Shown here in pieces: positions 1 through 10,299 of a stretch of 64,000 nt of DNA. The translations under genes were made by a program, and so were the position numbers. The notes below the pieces were generated by a model. That model worked only from the letters and a program-made list of their open reading frames with translations, made no database searches and had not been told where the DNA came from. Source of the stretch: Deltaproteobacteria bacterium (GTDB lineage Bacteria > Desulfobacterota_D > UBA1144 > Nemesobacterales > JAJCZQ01); assembly GCA_029262335.1 (NCBI GenBank), contig JAJCZQ010000048.1, forward strand, positions 3,844-67,843, given 5' to 3'. Positions within the stretch are counted from its first letter, which is position 1. Every line of letters starts with the position of its first letter.

Positions 1-310
1 AATACAGGATTACGTTGAAGATAACGGTTTTAGTGTTGTTAAATCATTTGTTGGTCACGGAATCGGTAAAAATCTTCATGAAGAACCACAGGTGCCAAAT
101 TTTGTTTCAGAAATGTCCCAGCTGGGTACAAGCCTCAAAAGCGGGATGGTACTGGCAATAGAACCAATGGTAAACCTGGGTGTTGCAGAAGTAAAAATTT
201 TAAATGATGGCTGGACTGCTGTAACAGCAGATGGTAAACTTTCAGCTCATTTTGAACATACGGTGGCTATTACGGATAATGGCCCCGAAGTTTTAACAAG
301 GTTAAATTAA
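1..310 (+). CDS. map: Methionine aminopeptidase, C-terminal part (5' end lies outside the window)
   Basis: Open frame from the window edge. Translation ...[19 protein letters not shown]...[15 protein letters not shown] is the typical MAP type I C-terminus. It sits immediately upstream of infA as in conserved operons. Confidence 0.8.
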   Translation, partial: IQDYVEDNGFSVVKSFVGHGIGKNLHEEPQVPNFVSEMSQLGTSLKSGMVLAIEPMVNLGVAEVKILNDGWTAVTADGKLSAHFEHTVAITDNGPEVLTRLN

Positions 311-327
311 TAATTTTTGGGGTGTAA

Positions 328-549
328 ATGCCAAAGGAAGAAAGACTAGAATTTGAAGGAACAATATTAGAAGCACTGCCTAATGCTATGTTCAGGGTAG
401 AAATTGATAATGGTCATGTAATATTGGCATATGTATCCGGTAAAATGAGGACAAGATTTATTAGAATACTTCCTGGAGATAAGGTTCAACTAGAACTTTC
501 TCCTTATGATTTAACAAAAGGAAGAATAACGTACAGACTAAAAAAATAG
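328..549 (+). CDS. infA: Translation initiation factor IF-1
   Basis: 72 aa. [41 protein letters not shown] is a near-canonical IF-1 sequence. ATG start. Confidence 0.95.
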   Translation: MPKEERLEFEGTILEALPNAMFRVEIDNGHVILAYVSGKMRTRFIRILPGDKVQLELSPYDLTKGRITYRLKK

Positions 550-565
550 TAGGCTGGAGAATGTT

Positions 566-679
566 GTGAAGGTTAGAGCATCTGTTAAAAAGATTTGTGA
601 TAAATGTAAGATTATTAAGAGAAAAGGTGTAATCAGAGTGATTTGTGTTATTAAAAAACACAAACAAAGGCAAGGGTAG
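566..679 (+). CDS. rpmJ: 50S ribosomal protein L36
   Basis: GTG start. 37 aa (M)[36 protein letters not shown]. This is the classic L36 zinc-ribbon sequence, located between infA and rpsM. Confidence 0.85.
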   Translation: MKVRASVKKICDKCKIIKRKGVIRVICVIKKHKQRQG

Positions 680-699
680 TATAAGGAGGATTTTAATTT

Positions 700-1080
700 A
701 TGCCTAGGATTGCTGGAGTTGACATACCGCTAAATAAAAGAATTGAAGTAGGCCTCACCTATATTTATGGTGTTGGGCGTAAAACTTCGATTGATATTCT
801 AAATTCAGCTGCAATTGATGTTAGTAAGAGGTCAAAAGACCTTGATGATAATGAAGTTGCAAAATTAAGAGAAGTTATAGAAAACCAATACACTGTAGAA
901 GGTGATTTAAGAAAAGAGATACAGGGTAATATTAGAAGACTTGTTGAAATTGGGTGTTACAGAGGAGTTAGACACAGAATGGGATTACCTGTCAGGGGTC
1001 AATGTTCAAAATCCAATGCAAGAACAAGGAAAGGCCCAAGAGGCACTGCAATAGCAAAGAAAAAGAAAGTAGGTAAGTAG
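700..1080 (+). CDS. rpsM: 30S ribosomal protein S13
   Basis: [26 protein letters not shown]... is canonical S13. GGAGG RBS upstream. Confidence 0.95.
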   Translation: MPRIAGVDIPLNKRIEVGLTYIYGVGRKTSIDILNSAAIDVSKRSKDLDDNEVAKLREVIENQYTVEGDLRKEIQGNIRRLVEIGCYRGVRHRMGLPVRGQCSKSNARTRKGPRGTAIAKKKKVGK

Positions 1081-1092
1081 AGCGGAGTTATA

Positions 1093-1479
1093 ATGGCTAA
1101 GAAAAAAGTAAGTCGTAAAAAAGTTAAGAAATTTGTTGAAGAAGGTGTCGTAAATATAAGGGCAACCTTCAATAATACAATAGTTTCTGTTAGTGATACT
1201 AATGGTAATGTATTATCGTGGTCAAGTGGTGGTGTTAAAGGGTTTAAAGGTACAAGGAAAGGAACCCCTTTTGCTGCACAGATAGCGGCCGAAGATGCTG
1301 CAAAGAAAGCAGCTACAATGGGCATGAAAACTGTAAAGGTTTTTGTTAAAGGGCCAGGGCCGGGAAGAGAACCAGCTATTCGTTCGCTTCAGGCTTCAGG
1401 ACTAAAAATATCATTTATAAGAGATATTACACCTATACCCCATAATGGTTGCAGGCCACCAGGAAGAAGGAGAGTTTAG
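1093..1479 (+). CDS. rpsK: 30S ribosomal protein S11
   Basis: ...[30 protein letters not shown]... is canonical S11. Confidence 0.95.
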   Translation: MAKKKVSRKKVKKFVEEGVVNIRATFNNTIVSVSDTNGNVLSWSSGGVKGFKGTRKGTPFAAQIAAEDAAKKAATMGMKTVKVFVKGPGPGREPAIRSLQASGLKISFIRDITPIPHNGCRPPGRRRV

Positions 1480-1542
1480 TTAATAATGATTACTAAAATG
1501 TTTATTTACGATTGCATCAAGTATCAGGAGGATGTTTTATAA

Positions 1543-2175
1543 ATGGGAAGATATACAGGACCTACAGACAGGCTGTCTAAGAGAGAAGGTACTAACCTTT
1601 TTCTTAAAGGTGAGCGCAGCTATAATGGTAAATCATCGATTGATGCAAAAGCAAATCAACCACCCGGTGTTCACGGACAGAGAAGATCTAAATTCTCTGA
1701 ATATGGACTTAGACTCAGGGAAAAACAAAAAGTAAAAAGAAGTTATGGTTTAAGAGAAAATCAGTTTAAAAGATATTTTGAAAAAGCATCTAGAATGAAA
1801 GGCGTTACGGGCTCACTTCTTATTGTTTTACTTGAAAGAAGACTTGATAACGTAGTTTACAGACTTGGTTTTGGAAGTTCTCGCAGTGATTCAAGACAAC
1901 TTGTTGGACATAAACATATACTTGTCAACGGAAGTGTATTAAATATACCTTCTTACCAGGTTGAAGCAGGAGATGTAATTGAAATCAGAGAAAAAAGCAA
2001 AAAACTAGGCAGAATTAATCAGGCCCTTCAGCTACTTGAAAGAAAACCAGTGCCGGATTGGTTGCAACATGATATTGATAACTATAAAGGTGTAGTCAGC
2101 AGGTTACCCGAAAGAGAGGATGTAACATTTCCTATCGAAGAGCAATTAATCGTTGAGTTTTATTCAAGAGTATAA
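1543..2175 (+). CDS. rpsD: 30S ribosomal protein S4
   Basis: MGRYTGPTDRLSKREGTNLFLKGERS...; an S4 domain is present. AGGAGG RBS. Confidence 0.95.
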   Translation: MGRYTGPTDRLSKREGTNLFLKGERSYNGKSSIDAKANQPPGVHGQRRSKFSEYGLRLREKQKVKRSYGLRENQFKRYFEKASRMKGVTGSLLIVLLERRLDNVVYRLGFGSSRSDSRQLVGHKHILVNGSVLNIPSYQVEAGDVIEIREKSKKLGRINQALQLLERKPVPDWLQHDIDNYKGVVSRLPEREDVTFPIEEQLIVEFYSRV

Positions 2176-2197
2176 TTTATTTTAGGGGATTAATAAT

Positions 2198-3283
2198 ATG
2201 GAACAGCAGATTGAAGAAAATATAGAAGAAGTAATTACAAAAGAATTTCAGAAGAACTGGAAAGACCTTATACATCCAAGAAGGCTTGAAAAAGATGAAA
2301 GAGTCTCGAATGATTTGTATGGAAAATTCGTTTGTGAACCACTGGAAAGAGGTTATGGGGTTACTTTAGGTAATGCTCTTAGAAGAGTATTACTTTCTTC
2401 AATTCAGGGGCCGGCAATAACATCTGTAAAAATTGATGGTGTACTTCACGAATTTTCAACAATTCCCGGTGTTAAAGAAGATGTAACGGAAATTATATTA
2501 AATCTAAAAAGTTTAAATCTTGAAATGCATACATTTCAGCCCCAGACATTAACTCTTAAATTTGATGGACCGGGCTCAGTTACAGCTGCAAATATTGAAG
2601 AAAATCATCAGGTTACTGTCATCAATACAGATCAGCATATAGCTACAGTTGCAGAAGGCGGAAAAGTTGAAATGGAAATGACTGTAGAAATGGGAAGCGG
2701 ATATGAATCTGTTGAAAGACGTGGTGATCAACAAAAAAGTATAGGCACAATACCTATTGATGCTTTGTTTTCACCTATCAGAAAAGTTAATTATACAATA
2801 ACAAATTCAAGGGTAGGAAGAAGAACTGATTATGAGAAGCTTACACTTGAAATCTGGACAAACGGTACAATATTGACAGAAGATGCACTGGCTTACAGTG
2901 CTAAAATTATTAAACAACAACTAAGTATTTTTATAAATTTTGATGAATCATTATTTGAAGAAGAAGAAATTATTGAAGAAAATCAGGATATAAAAGGTAA
3001 TGAAGATGTACTTTTCACACATGTAGAAGATATAGATCTGTCTGCAAGGTCATTGAATTGCCTTAGAAGAGCAAATATTGTTTATTTTGGTGAACTTATA
3101 CAGAATACTGAAGAAGAACTGTTAAACCTGGAAAATTTTGGTAAAAGGTCGTTAGTTGAAATAAGGGAAAAGCTTGTTGAAATGCAGTTTGAGCTTGGAA
3201 CTGACATCAATTCAGAAGTATTCGAAAAAGAAAAAGAAAGAAGATCTACTGCTAAGATTAGTGAAGAAGAGGAATCAGAGTAG
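2198..3283 (+). CDS. rpoA: DNA-directed RNA polymerase subunit alpha
   Basis: 361 aa. N-terminal dimerisation domain (FVCEPLERGYGVTLGNALRRVLLSS) and C-terminal alpha-CTD (SARSLNCLRRANIVYFGELIQNTEEELL). Confidence 0.95.
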   Translation: MEQQIEENIEEVITKEFQKNWKDLIHPRRLEKDERVSNDLYGKFVCEPLERGYGVTLGNALRRVLLSSIQGPAITSVKIDGVLHEFSTIPGVKEDVTEIILNLKSLNLEMHTFQPQTLTLKFDGPGSVTAANIEENHQVTVINTDQHIATVAEGGKVEMEMTVEMGSGYESVERRGDQQKSIGTIPIDALFSPIRKVNYTITNSRVGRRTDYEKLTLEIWTNGTILTEDALAYSAKIIKQQLSIFINFDESLFEEEEIIEENQDIKGNEDVLFTHVEDIDLSARSLNCLRRANIVYFGELIQNTEEELLNLENFGKRSLVEIREKLVEMQFELGTDINSEVFEKEKERRSTAKISEEEESE

Positions 3284-3304
3284 TAAAGTTTTAGGAGATA
3301 TCAG

Positions 3305-4126
3305 ATGAGACATAAGAGGGTAGGAAGAAAATTAGGTGTAGTTTCTAAACACAGAAGAGCAATGTTCAGAAACATGGCAACAGACCTGTTCAGACATGAA
3401 AGCATAACTACTACTGATGCACGTGCAAAAGAGATTAGAAGAGTTGCCGAAAAGATGATTACACTGGCCAAAAAAGGAACTTTACAGGCAAGACGTCAGG
3501 CAGCAGCATTTATTAAAGATAAAGATGTATTAAAAAAACTTTTCAGTGAAATAGCTGAAAAATGTAAAGACAGACCTGGTGGATATACCAGAATTATAAA
3601 AATGGGTTACAGAAGAGGCGATAATGCAGCCCTTTCCATGATTGAAATAGTTCAGGAAGAATATAAAGCTAAAAAGAAAAAGAAGAAACCAGCAAAAAAG
3701 AGTACCGAAACTAAATCAACAGAGAGCAGCAGTAAAAAAAGTACAAAAAAAGAGTCTGCTGAAGAGCTTGGTCTTATTGAAGATGCAGCTAAAGGTGCAG
3801 TTGCAACTGAAGCTGTTGCAGAAGGTGTAGATGAAGTAACTCCTGAAACAGAAGCAGAAGCAAAAACAGATTCTCCCGAAGCTAAAGAAGAAATTAAAGC
3901 AGATGAAATTCAGGATAAAACTGAAGCCAAAACAGAAACTGATACACAAGAAACAGAAGAGATAAAAGCTGAGGCTGAAACAAAACCAGAAGAAGAGCCT
4001 GAAGCTAAATCTGAATCTAAAGAAGAAAGTGTAACCGAGCAACCCGAAGCTAAAACTGAAGAAAGTTCTAACAGCGATGAAGTTGCACCTGCTGATGAAA
4101 AAAAAGAAGATAAAAGTAAAGAATAA
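3305..4126 (+). CDS. rplQ: 50S ribosomal protein L17 with a ~150-aa low-complexity K/E/T/A-rich C-terminal extension
   Basis: The N-terminal ~125 aa are canonical L17 ([37 protein letters not shown]...[17 protein letters not shown]). The remainder is acidic/lysine-rich low complexity. Confidence 0.9.
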   Translation: MRHKRVGRKLGVVSKHRRAMFRNMATDLFRHESITTTDARAKEIRRVAEKMITLAKKGTLQARRQAAAFIKDKDVLKKLFSEIAEKCKDRPGGYTRIIKMGYRRGDNAALSMIEIVQEEYKAKKKKKKPAKKSTETKSTESSSKKSTKKESAEELGLIEDAAKGAVATEAVAEGVDEVTPETEAEAKTDSPEAKEEIKADEIQDKTEAKTETDTQETEEIKAEAETKPEEEPEAKSESKEESVTEQPEAKTEESSNSDEVAPADEKKEDKSKE

Positions 4127-4179
4127 TTTTAAAATTTCTTTAATTTACTTCTCAAATCTAATCAAAATTACTAAGATCA

Positions 4180-5190
4180 ATGCATAATACCGGACTTATA
4201 CTGGATGCAGAATATTTAGTTGATCTTAAAAAACTTTCCATTGATGCTGAAAATGCCGGTTTCCATTCAATATGGTCCACAGAACTTTACCGAACAGCGT
4301 TTCAGCAAATCTCAGCTACCATTCATGATACTAGTAAAATTAATCTTGGTACTGCCGTATCACTGGCATTTACACGTTCCCCGCTTATTACTGCACTCAA
4401 TTCCCTAGATATAGACGAATTATCCAATGGAAGGTTTATACTGGGTCTTGGTACGGGTGCAAAATATACTAATGAAAAATATCATGGAGTAAGCTACGGT
4501 AAACCTGTAAAAAGAATTAAGGAATGTATTCAAATAATAAGACATTTTATTTCTTCTGCACATAAAGATACAGATTATGAATTTAATGGTGAATACTACA
4601 AGATTAAAACAAAAGGTTATAAAAGGGCTTTTGTACCTGTAAAAAATAGTATTGAAATTTATCTTGCAGGTATTGGTGAAAAGATGATCCAGACATCAGC
4701 AGAAATTGCTGATGGATATATTGGACATGTTGTTTGCAGTAAAGAATATCTTAAGGATGTAGTTATCCCTTCGCTTAATAAAGGATTTAGTATTTCGAAC
4801 AGATATGATGATTTTGTTGTATCATCTATAATTACCTGTGCTGTTTCAGATGATATAGAAAAAGCTGTTAACGATGCAAAAGCAACTATAGGTTTTTATG
4901 CAACTGTCAAAACATATAAAGACCCTTTTCTGTTACACGGGTTTGAAGAAAATCTCTCTAAAATAAGATCAGCATATTTTGATAATGATATAAGAGCCAT
5001 GATCGCTTCAGTCCCCGACAGAATGGTAGATATTTTTGCAATAGTTGGCAGCAGTCAGCACTGTGCTGAACAGATAGACATATACAGAGAAATAATTGAT
5101 TTGCCGATTCTTAGTGTGCCACATTATTTTATCAATTATCAGGATGTGTCACTATATCAAAAAAAATTAATCGAACTATTTAATAGATAA
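4180..5190 (+). CDS. Luciferase-like monooxygenase (LLM-class flavin/F420-dependent oxidoreductase)
   Basis: 336 aa. TIM-barrel LLM signature regions (SIWSTELY, ...LGLGTGA...). Family-level call only. Confidence 0.65.
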   Translation: MHNTGLILDAEYLVDLKKLSIDAENAGFHSIWSTELYRTAFQQISATIHDTSKINLGTAVSLAFTRSPLITALNSLDIDELSNGRFILGLGTGAKYTNEKYHGVSYGKPVKRIKECIQIIRHFISSAHKDTDYEFNGEYYKIKTKGYKRAFVPVKNSIEIYLAGIGEKMIQTSAEIADGYIGHVVCSKEYLKDVVIPSLNKGFSISNRYDDFVVSSIITCAVSDDIEKAVNDAKATIGFYATVKTYKDPFLLHGFEENLSKIRSAYFDNDIRAMIASVPDRMVDIFAIVGSSQHCAEQIDIYREIIDLPILSVPHYFINYQDVSLYQKKLIELFNR

Positions 5191-5204
5191 GATAAAATAA
5201 TATA

Positions 5205-6095
5205 ATGAAAATACTTATTACTGGTTCCAGCGGATTTATAGGCTCTAACTTAACAGATTATTTAAAAAAACAGGGCTGTCAGATTATAAAAGTTGTAAGA
5301 AAAAAAAATACTAATGCTGATGAAGTAAGCTGGAATATTGAAACTAATGAATATTTAACCAAACATTTTGAAGGTTTTGATGTATTTATAAATCTTTCAG
5401 GTGAAAATATTTTTGGATACTGGACTAAAGAAAAAAAGAAAAGAATAGTTGAAAGCAGAATTAGAACTACAAAATTATTAACTGATATTATATCAAAATT
5501 AGATTCACCTCCACATACTTTTATTTCAGCTTCAGCAATTGGATATTATGGAAACAGAGGCAATGAAATATTAAACGAAAACAGCAATAAAGGTACTGGT
5601 TTTTTTCCTGATTTAGCGCATAATTGGGAACACACAGCTAATATATTAAATAGTAAAAATGTAAGGGTTGTTAATTTAAGAATTGGACTTGTATTGTCTG
5701 AAAAAGGAGGTGCCCTTACTAAGATGCTTACTCCTTTTAGAATGGGTGTTGGAGGAAATATCGGTGATGGTGAGATGTATTGGAGCTGGATAAGCCTTCA
5801 AGACCTGCTGTCAGCAGTTCTTTTTATTATAAAAAATAATAAAATAAAAGGACCGGTAAATATAGTCTCAACAAATTCATTAAAAAATAAAGAATTTACA
5901 AAAATTCTTGGCAAAGTATTATCAAGGCCTACATTGCTTCCTGTCCCTTCATTTTTTATAAAAACCTTACTTGGGGAATTTGGAAGAGAAGCATTACTTG
6001 CCAGTACAAGGGTTGTTCCCGAGAAATTACTTAATTCCGGATATGAATTTACACATACGGATTTACAATCAACTTTATATGAAATTTTAAATTAA
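5205..6095 (+). CDS. TIGR01777/YfcH-like epimerase-family protein (NAD-binding Rossmann domain plus DUF1731-like C-terminus)
   Basis: MKILITGSSGFIGSNL is a GxxGxxG Rossmann motif. The C-terminus ...ALLASTRVVPEKLLNSGYEFTHTDL is typical of the YfcH family. Confidence 0.7.
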   Translation: MKILITGSSGFIGSNLTDYLKKQGCQIIKVVRKKNTNADEVSWNIETNEYLTKHFEGFDVFINLSGENIFGYWTKEKKKRIVESRIRTTKLLTDIISKLDSPPHTFISASAIGYYGNRGNEILNENSNKGTGFFPDLAHNWEHTANILNSKNVRVVNLRIGLVLSEKGGALTKMLTPFRMGVGGNIGDGEMYWSWISLQDLLSAVLFIIKNNKIKGPVNIVSTNSLKNKEFTKILGKVLSRPTLLPVPSFFIKTLLGEFGREALLASTRVVPEKLLNSGYEFTHTDLQSTLYEILN

Positions 6096-6097
6096 CA

Positions 6098-6724
6098 ATG
6101 GGAATTGATAAACAGTTTAAGTTAATGCAGTTGAGCGAAGATGATCTGATAGCTGATCCAATAAAACAGTTCGATTTATGGTACAAAGATGCGATCCGCT
6201 CAGATGTTCCATTTCCTAATTCATTTGTTTTATCTACTTCCGGTAAAAACAACGTTATCTCATCAAGAGTGCTTTTATTAAAGGACCATAGCAGTGAAGG
6301 TTTTAAATTTTATACAAATGAAAATAGTAGAAAAGGTAAGGATTTAACAGATAATAATAATGCTTCAATCTGTTTTTGGTGGGACAGGCTTGAAAGGCAG
6401 GTAAGGATAAGTGGTCCTGTAAAGATTTTAAGCAGCAAAGAATCAGATGAATATTTCAATTCAAGGCCTCGTGGTAGTCAGCTGGGAGCATGGGCATCTG
6501 ATCAAAGCGAAGAAATATCAAGCAGAAAAGTCCTGGAAGACAGCTATAAAAAGTATGATTTAAAATATAAAAATAAAATAATACCCAGGCCTGAGTACTG
6601 GAAAGGTTATATATTGGTACCGATAAATATTGAATTCTGGCAGGGAAGGGATAACAGGCTTCATGACAGGTTTCTTTATTCACTAGTAAATAAAAAATGG
6701 AGAATAAGCAGGTTAGCACCATAA
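6098..6724 (+). CDS. pdxH: Pyridoxamine 5'-phosphate oxidase
   Basis: 208 aa. SRVLLLKDHSSEGFKFYTNENSRKGKDL...WWDRLERQVRISG...PEYWKGY is the PNPOx signature; WGGYRL is replaced by the variant WKGYIL. Confidence 0.8.
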   Translation: MGIDKQFKLMQLSEDDLIADPIKQFDLWYKDAIRSDVPFPNSFVLSTSGKNNVISSRVLLLKDHSSEGFKFYTNENSRKGKDLTDNNNASICFWWDRLERQVRISGPVKILSSKESDEYFNSRPRGSQLGAWASDQSEEISSRKVLEDSYKKYDLKYKNKIIPRPEYWKGYILVPINIEFWQGRDNRLHDRFLYSLVNKKWRISRLAP

Positions 6725-6733
6725 AAATATATT

Positions 6734-8062
6734 ATGCCGGATGATAATAAACATCATGTTGTAATTGTAGGTGGAGGTTTTGGAGGGCTGTATGCAGCAA
6801 AAGAACTGGGCAAAAGAAAAGAAATCAAAGTTACACTTATTGATAAACGTAATTTTCACCTCTTTCAGCCACTCCTTTACCAGGTAGCAACAGGCGGACT
6901 ATCCCCCGGAGATATTGCATCTCCGTTACGTGCTATACTAAAAAAAAATAAAAATACAAATGTCCTAAGAGGTAAAGTAGTTGATATTGATCCCGATAAT
7001 AAACAGGTAATTATGTTTAACGGGGAAAGGATACATTTTGACAGCCTTATTATAGCAACCGGAGTTATTTATAACTATTATGGCAATGAAAAATGGCTTG
7101 GTGAATCACCTCCGCTTAAGACCATGGAAGATTCACTTGGAATAAGACACAGGATATTTCATGCCTTCGAAGAAGCAGAACGCGAAAAAAATATAGAAAA
7201 AAAGAACGAATGGAAACGATTTATTATAATCGGCGGCGGACCTACAGGTGTGGAACTTGCAGGAGCACTAGCCGAGCTTGCACATTTTACACTAAAAAAT
7301 AATTTCAGAAATTTTGACCCAACTAAAACAGAGATAATACTTGTCGAGGCAACTGACAGGATACTGCCATCTTACCCTGAGAAACTTTCCAAAAGTGCAG
7401 AAAATTCCTTAATTGGACTTGGAGTTACCATAAGGAAGAACTGTTTTGTTAATGAGATTAATAAAGATAATGTGATTATAGAAAACAAAGGGCAAACAGA
7501 ATCCATTAGTGCACAAACAGTTCTATGGGCTGCAGGGGTAAAGGCCACTAAGATAGGCAAAGTTTTAAAAGACAGGTTTAATGTTGAAAATGATAAAGTA
7601 GGGAGAGTATATGTAAACGAGGACATGACCATAAATAAAAGAAATGATGTTTATGTTTTGGGCGACCTCGCAATTTATACACACTTTGACGGTAAACCCC
7701 TCCCGGGTGTGGCTCCGGTGGCAATGCAGCAGGGTAAATATATCGCAAGAAAAATTTATAATGATATTCTTAATAAAAATACCGGACCATTTATATACAA
7801 GGAAAAAGGCAGTTTAGCTGTAATAGGGAGAAATAAAGCAGTTGCCCACCTTGGACCTTTACAGTTTAGTGGTTTTTTTGCATGGCTTATATGGATATTT
7901 ATTCATATAAGATATCTGATCGAATACGATAATAAGATAATGGTTATGCTACAGTGGGGATGGTATTACTTTACTATGAAACGCGGTGCAAGGTTAATTA
8001 CGGGTGACGACCCGTTCCCTTATGTTGATAAGGACTACTATAACCAGACTAAAGATAATTAG
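6734..8062 (+). CDS. ndh: Type II NADH dehydrogenase (NDH-2)
   Basis: 442 aa. Two dinucleotide-binding motifs (VVIVGGGFGGLYAAKEL; FIIIGGGPTGVELAGAL) and the characteristic C-terminal membrane-anchor region. Confidence 0.85.
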   Translation: MPDDNKHHVVIVGGGFGGLYAAKELGKRKEIKVTLIDKRNFHLFQPLLYQVATGGLSPGDIASPLRAILKKNKNTNVLRGKVVDIDPDNKQVIMFNGERIHFDSLIIATGVIYNYYGNEKWLGESPPLKTMEDSLGIRHRIFHAFEEAEREKNIEKKNEWKRFIIIGGGPTGVELAGALAELAHFTLKNNFRNFDPTKTEIILVEATDRILPSYPEKLSKSAENSLIGLGVTIRKNCFVNEINKDNVIIENKGQTESISAQTVLWAAGVKATKIGKVLKDRFNVENDKVGRVYVNEDMTINKRNDVYVLGDLAIYTHFDGKPLPGVAPVAMQQGKYIARKIYNDILNKNTGPFIYKEKGSLAVIGRNKAVAHLGPLQFSGFFAWLIWIFIHIRYLIEYDNKIMVMLQWGWYYFTMKRGARLITGDDPFPYVDKDYYNQTKDN

Positions 8063-10146
8063 CCCGTTTCAGCATTGTCCAGCTTGCTATTTGATTCCGC
8101 AATTATTTTTTCTGATATATGTGGCGGTACTTCTTCATAATGGGAAAATTCCATTGTAAAACTTCCCTCGCCGCTTGTTAATGATCTTAATTCAGGTGCG
8201 TAGGTTAAGATTTCTGACATTGGTACAAGTGCATTAATACTGTGGCCTGCAGGTGAAGAATCAACACCTGCTACTCTTCCTCTTCTTGAATTAATATCTC
8301 CTATAACATCTCCCATACTGTTATCGGGTATAAAGATGTTCATATTCATAAGAGGTTCCAGTAAATATGGCTTTGCCGATTCCATTGCACTTCTGAATCC
8401 CAATGATGCTGCAATCTGGAATGCAATATCTGATGAATCTACAGGATGATGTTTACCGTCAAATACTGTAGTTTTAACATTTATTACGGGAAAACCTGCA
8501 AGAGTCCCCTTTTTTAAAGCATCCTGTACTCCTTTTTCTACAGATGGAATAAAGTTCTTTGGTATTACCCCACCTACAATCTTATTTTCAAACTGGTAAG
8601 TCTCTCCGTCTTTAATAGGTTGAATTCTTAGCTTGGCAACACCATACTGACCCCTTCCGCCAGTCTGTTTTACATATTTACCTTCTGCTTCAGATGATAA
8701 TTTGATACTTTCTTTGTAGGGGACTTTAGGTGTATGTAGGTCTACATTTACTCCATAGTTGTTTTTTAATTTATCCACAATTACTTCAATGTGCGTCTGC
8801 CCTGATCCTGATAGTAAAAATTCATTGGTCTCTTCATCCCTGTGAAAATCAATTGTTGGATCTTCTTCTATTACCTTGGCAAGAGATATATTCAGTTTGT
8901 CTTCATCTGATCTGCTATGCGGATCAATTGCAAAAGACAATACGGGTTGTGGTATTTCTAAAGGCTTAATAATTAATGGCTGATTAATATCAGAAAGAGT
9001 ATCAGTGGTATTTACATCTTTTAATTTACTTAGTGCTATTATGTCCCCGGTCTGAGCTTCTTTTATAGGGAATTCCTGCTTGCCGATAAGCCTGTTTATA
9101 TTATTTATTTTGATTTTAGATTTATTTCCTGATGACAGCAATACCTGGTCAGGTTTTACAGTCCCTGATATGACTCTTGCTATACTTAATTTTCCGGCAA
9201 AAGGATCACAAATTGTTTTAAAAACATAAACAGATACCGGTGTATCATTTGATTGTTTGATTGTAATTGGATTGTTCTCATGATCAATGGCTTTAATGTC
9301 TGAAGTATCAAGCGGTGAGGGCATTAGTTCGGTTATCTCCATAAGAAGTGAATATAAACCAAGCATTTTTTGGGATGAACCAATTAGTACAGGGTAGATT
9401 GTGGAATCTTTTACACCCTTTTTGTACATTTCTATAATTTTATCGTGATCAATATCTTCCCCGTTCAGGTATTTGACAAGGATTTCGTCATCCTGTTCTG
9501 CTATGGTTTCGAGTACCTTGTCCTTGTAGTTATTGGCAGTTTCAATCATCTCTTCCGGTATTGGTATTTCATCAAAGTTATTTCCGCCTTTATAAATAAA
9601 GGCTTTCATTTCAAAAAGGTTAATAACTCCGGTAAAATCAGGGCCCTGTCCAAGTGGTATTGTGATGGGGACAGTCTTTATTTTAAGATGATCTTCAATT
9701 CTTGCCAAAGCAGATTCAAAATTGGCTCTTTCTTTATCAATATTGTTCATAAAGATAATTCTTGGAATGTTAGCACTTGAAGCCATACTCCAGTACCTGT
9801 CAATCTGGTCTTTTGAGTCCTCTATACCATCAACAACTATAATGACACCATCCGAAACCTGAATTGCCAATTCAGCATCAAATAAGAAATTGGAGTAACC
9901 GGGTGTATCTATAAGATTTATTAGGTGACCGTTATGTTTCAGGAAAGAAACATGTGAATTAGTGGACATTTTCCTTTGTTTTTCTTCTTCCTGGTAATCT
10001 AGATTTGAAGAACCTTTGTTTACATCACCCATACTTTTGGTAGTACCCGAAATGTAAAGGAGTGCATCAGCCAAAGTTGTTTTACCGACACCATGAGGAC
10101 CTACTACTGAAATGTTCCTTACTTTACTTCTTGGAAATTCAGACAT
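8059..10146 (-). CDS. Divergent elongation factor G-like translational GTPase (EF-G paralogue)
   Basis: 695 aa. P-loop VVGPHGVGKTT, G3 DTPGYSNF (Tyr where EF-G has the catalytic His), G4 NNID. Five-domain EF-G length with a conserved C-terminal domain IV/V-like region (GGRGQYG...). Confidence 0.8.
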   Translation of the reverse strand: MSEFPRSKVRNISVVGPHGVGKTTLADALLYISGTTKSMGDVNKGSSNLDYQEEEKQRKMSTNSHVSFLKHNGHLINLIDTPGYSNFLFDAELAIQVSDGVIIVVDGIEDSKDQIDRYWSMASSANIPRIIFMNNIDKERANFESALARIEDHLKIKTVPITIPLGQGPDFTGVINLFEMKAFIYKGGNNFDEIPIPEEMIETANNYKDKVLETIAEQDDEILVKYLNGEDIDHDKIIEMYKKGVKDSTIYPVLIGSSQKMLGLYSLLMEITELMPSPLDTSDIKAIDHENNPITIKQSNDTPVSVYVFKTICDPFAGKLSIARVISGTVKPDQVLLSSGNKSKIKINNINRLIGKQEFPIKEAQTGDIIALSKLKDVNTTDTLSDINQPLIIKPLEIPQPVLSFAIDPHSRSDEDKLNISLAKVIEEDPTIDFHRDEETNEFLLSGSGQTHIEVIVDKLKNNYGVNVDLHTPKVPYKESIKLSSEAEGKYVKQTGGRGQYGVAKLRIQPIKDGETYQFENKIVGGVIPKNFIPSVEKGVQDALKKGTLAGFPVINVKTTVFDGKHHPVDSSDIAFQIAASLGFRSAMESAKPYLLEPLMNMNIFIPDNSMGDVIGDINSRRGRVAGVDSSPAGHSINALVPMSEILTYAPELRSLTSGEGSFTMEFSHYEEVPPHISEKIIAESNSKLDNAETG

Positions 10147-10299
10147 ATGCCACCTCGCTCACTATGTTCTATTTTCATTATAAAGTTAATTGGGGTTTGA
10201 AGTAAAGGAATATTTTTAAATTATATGTTATTATTATAAAAATTCTTTAAAGATTCTAATGACCAATTAAAAATAATTTCTTAATGTACAACTTTAAAT

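Noticed and set aside
3716-4042. 108-aa Phe/Cys-rich ORF antisense to the L17 C-terminal extension
   Set aside because: The same artefact: antisense to an AAA/GAA-rich low-complexity coding region. No independent signals.
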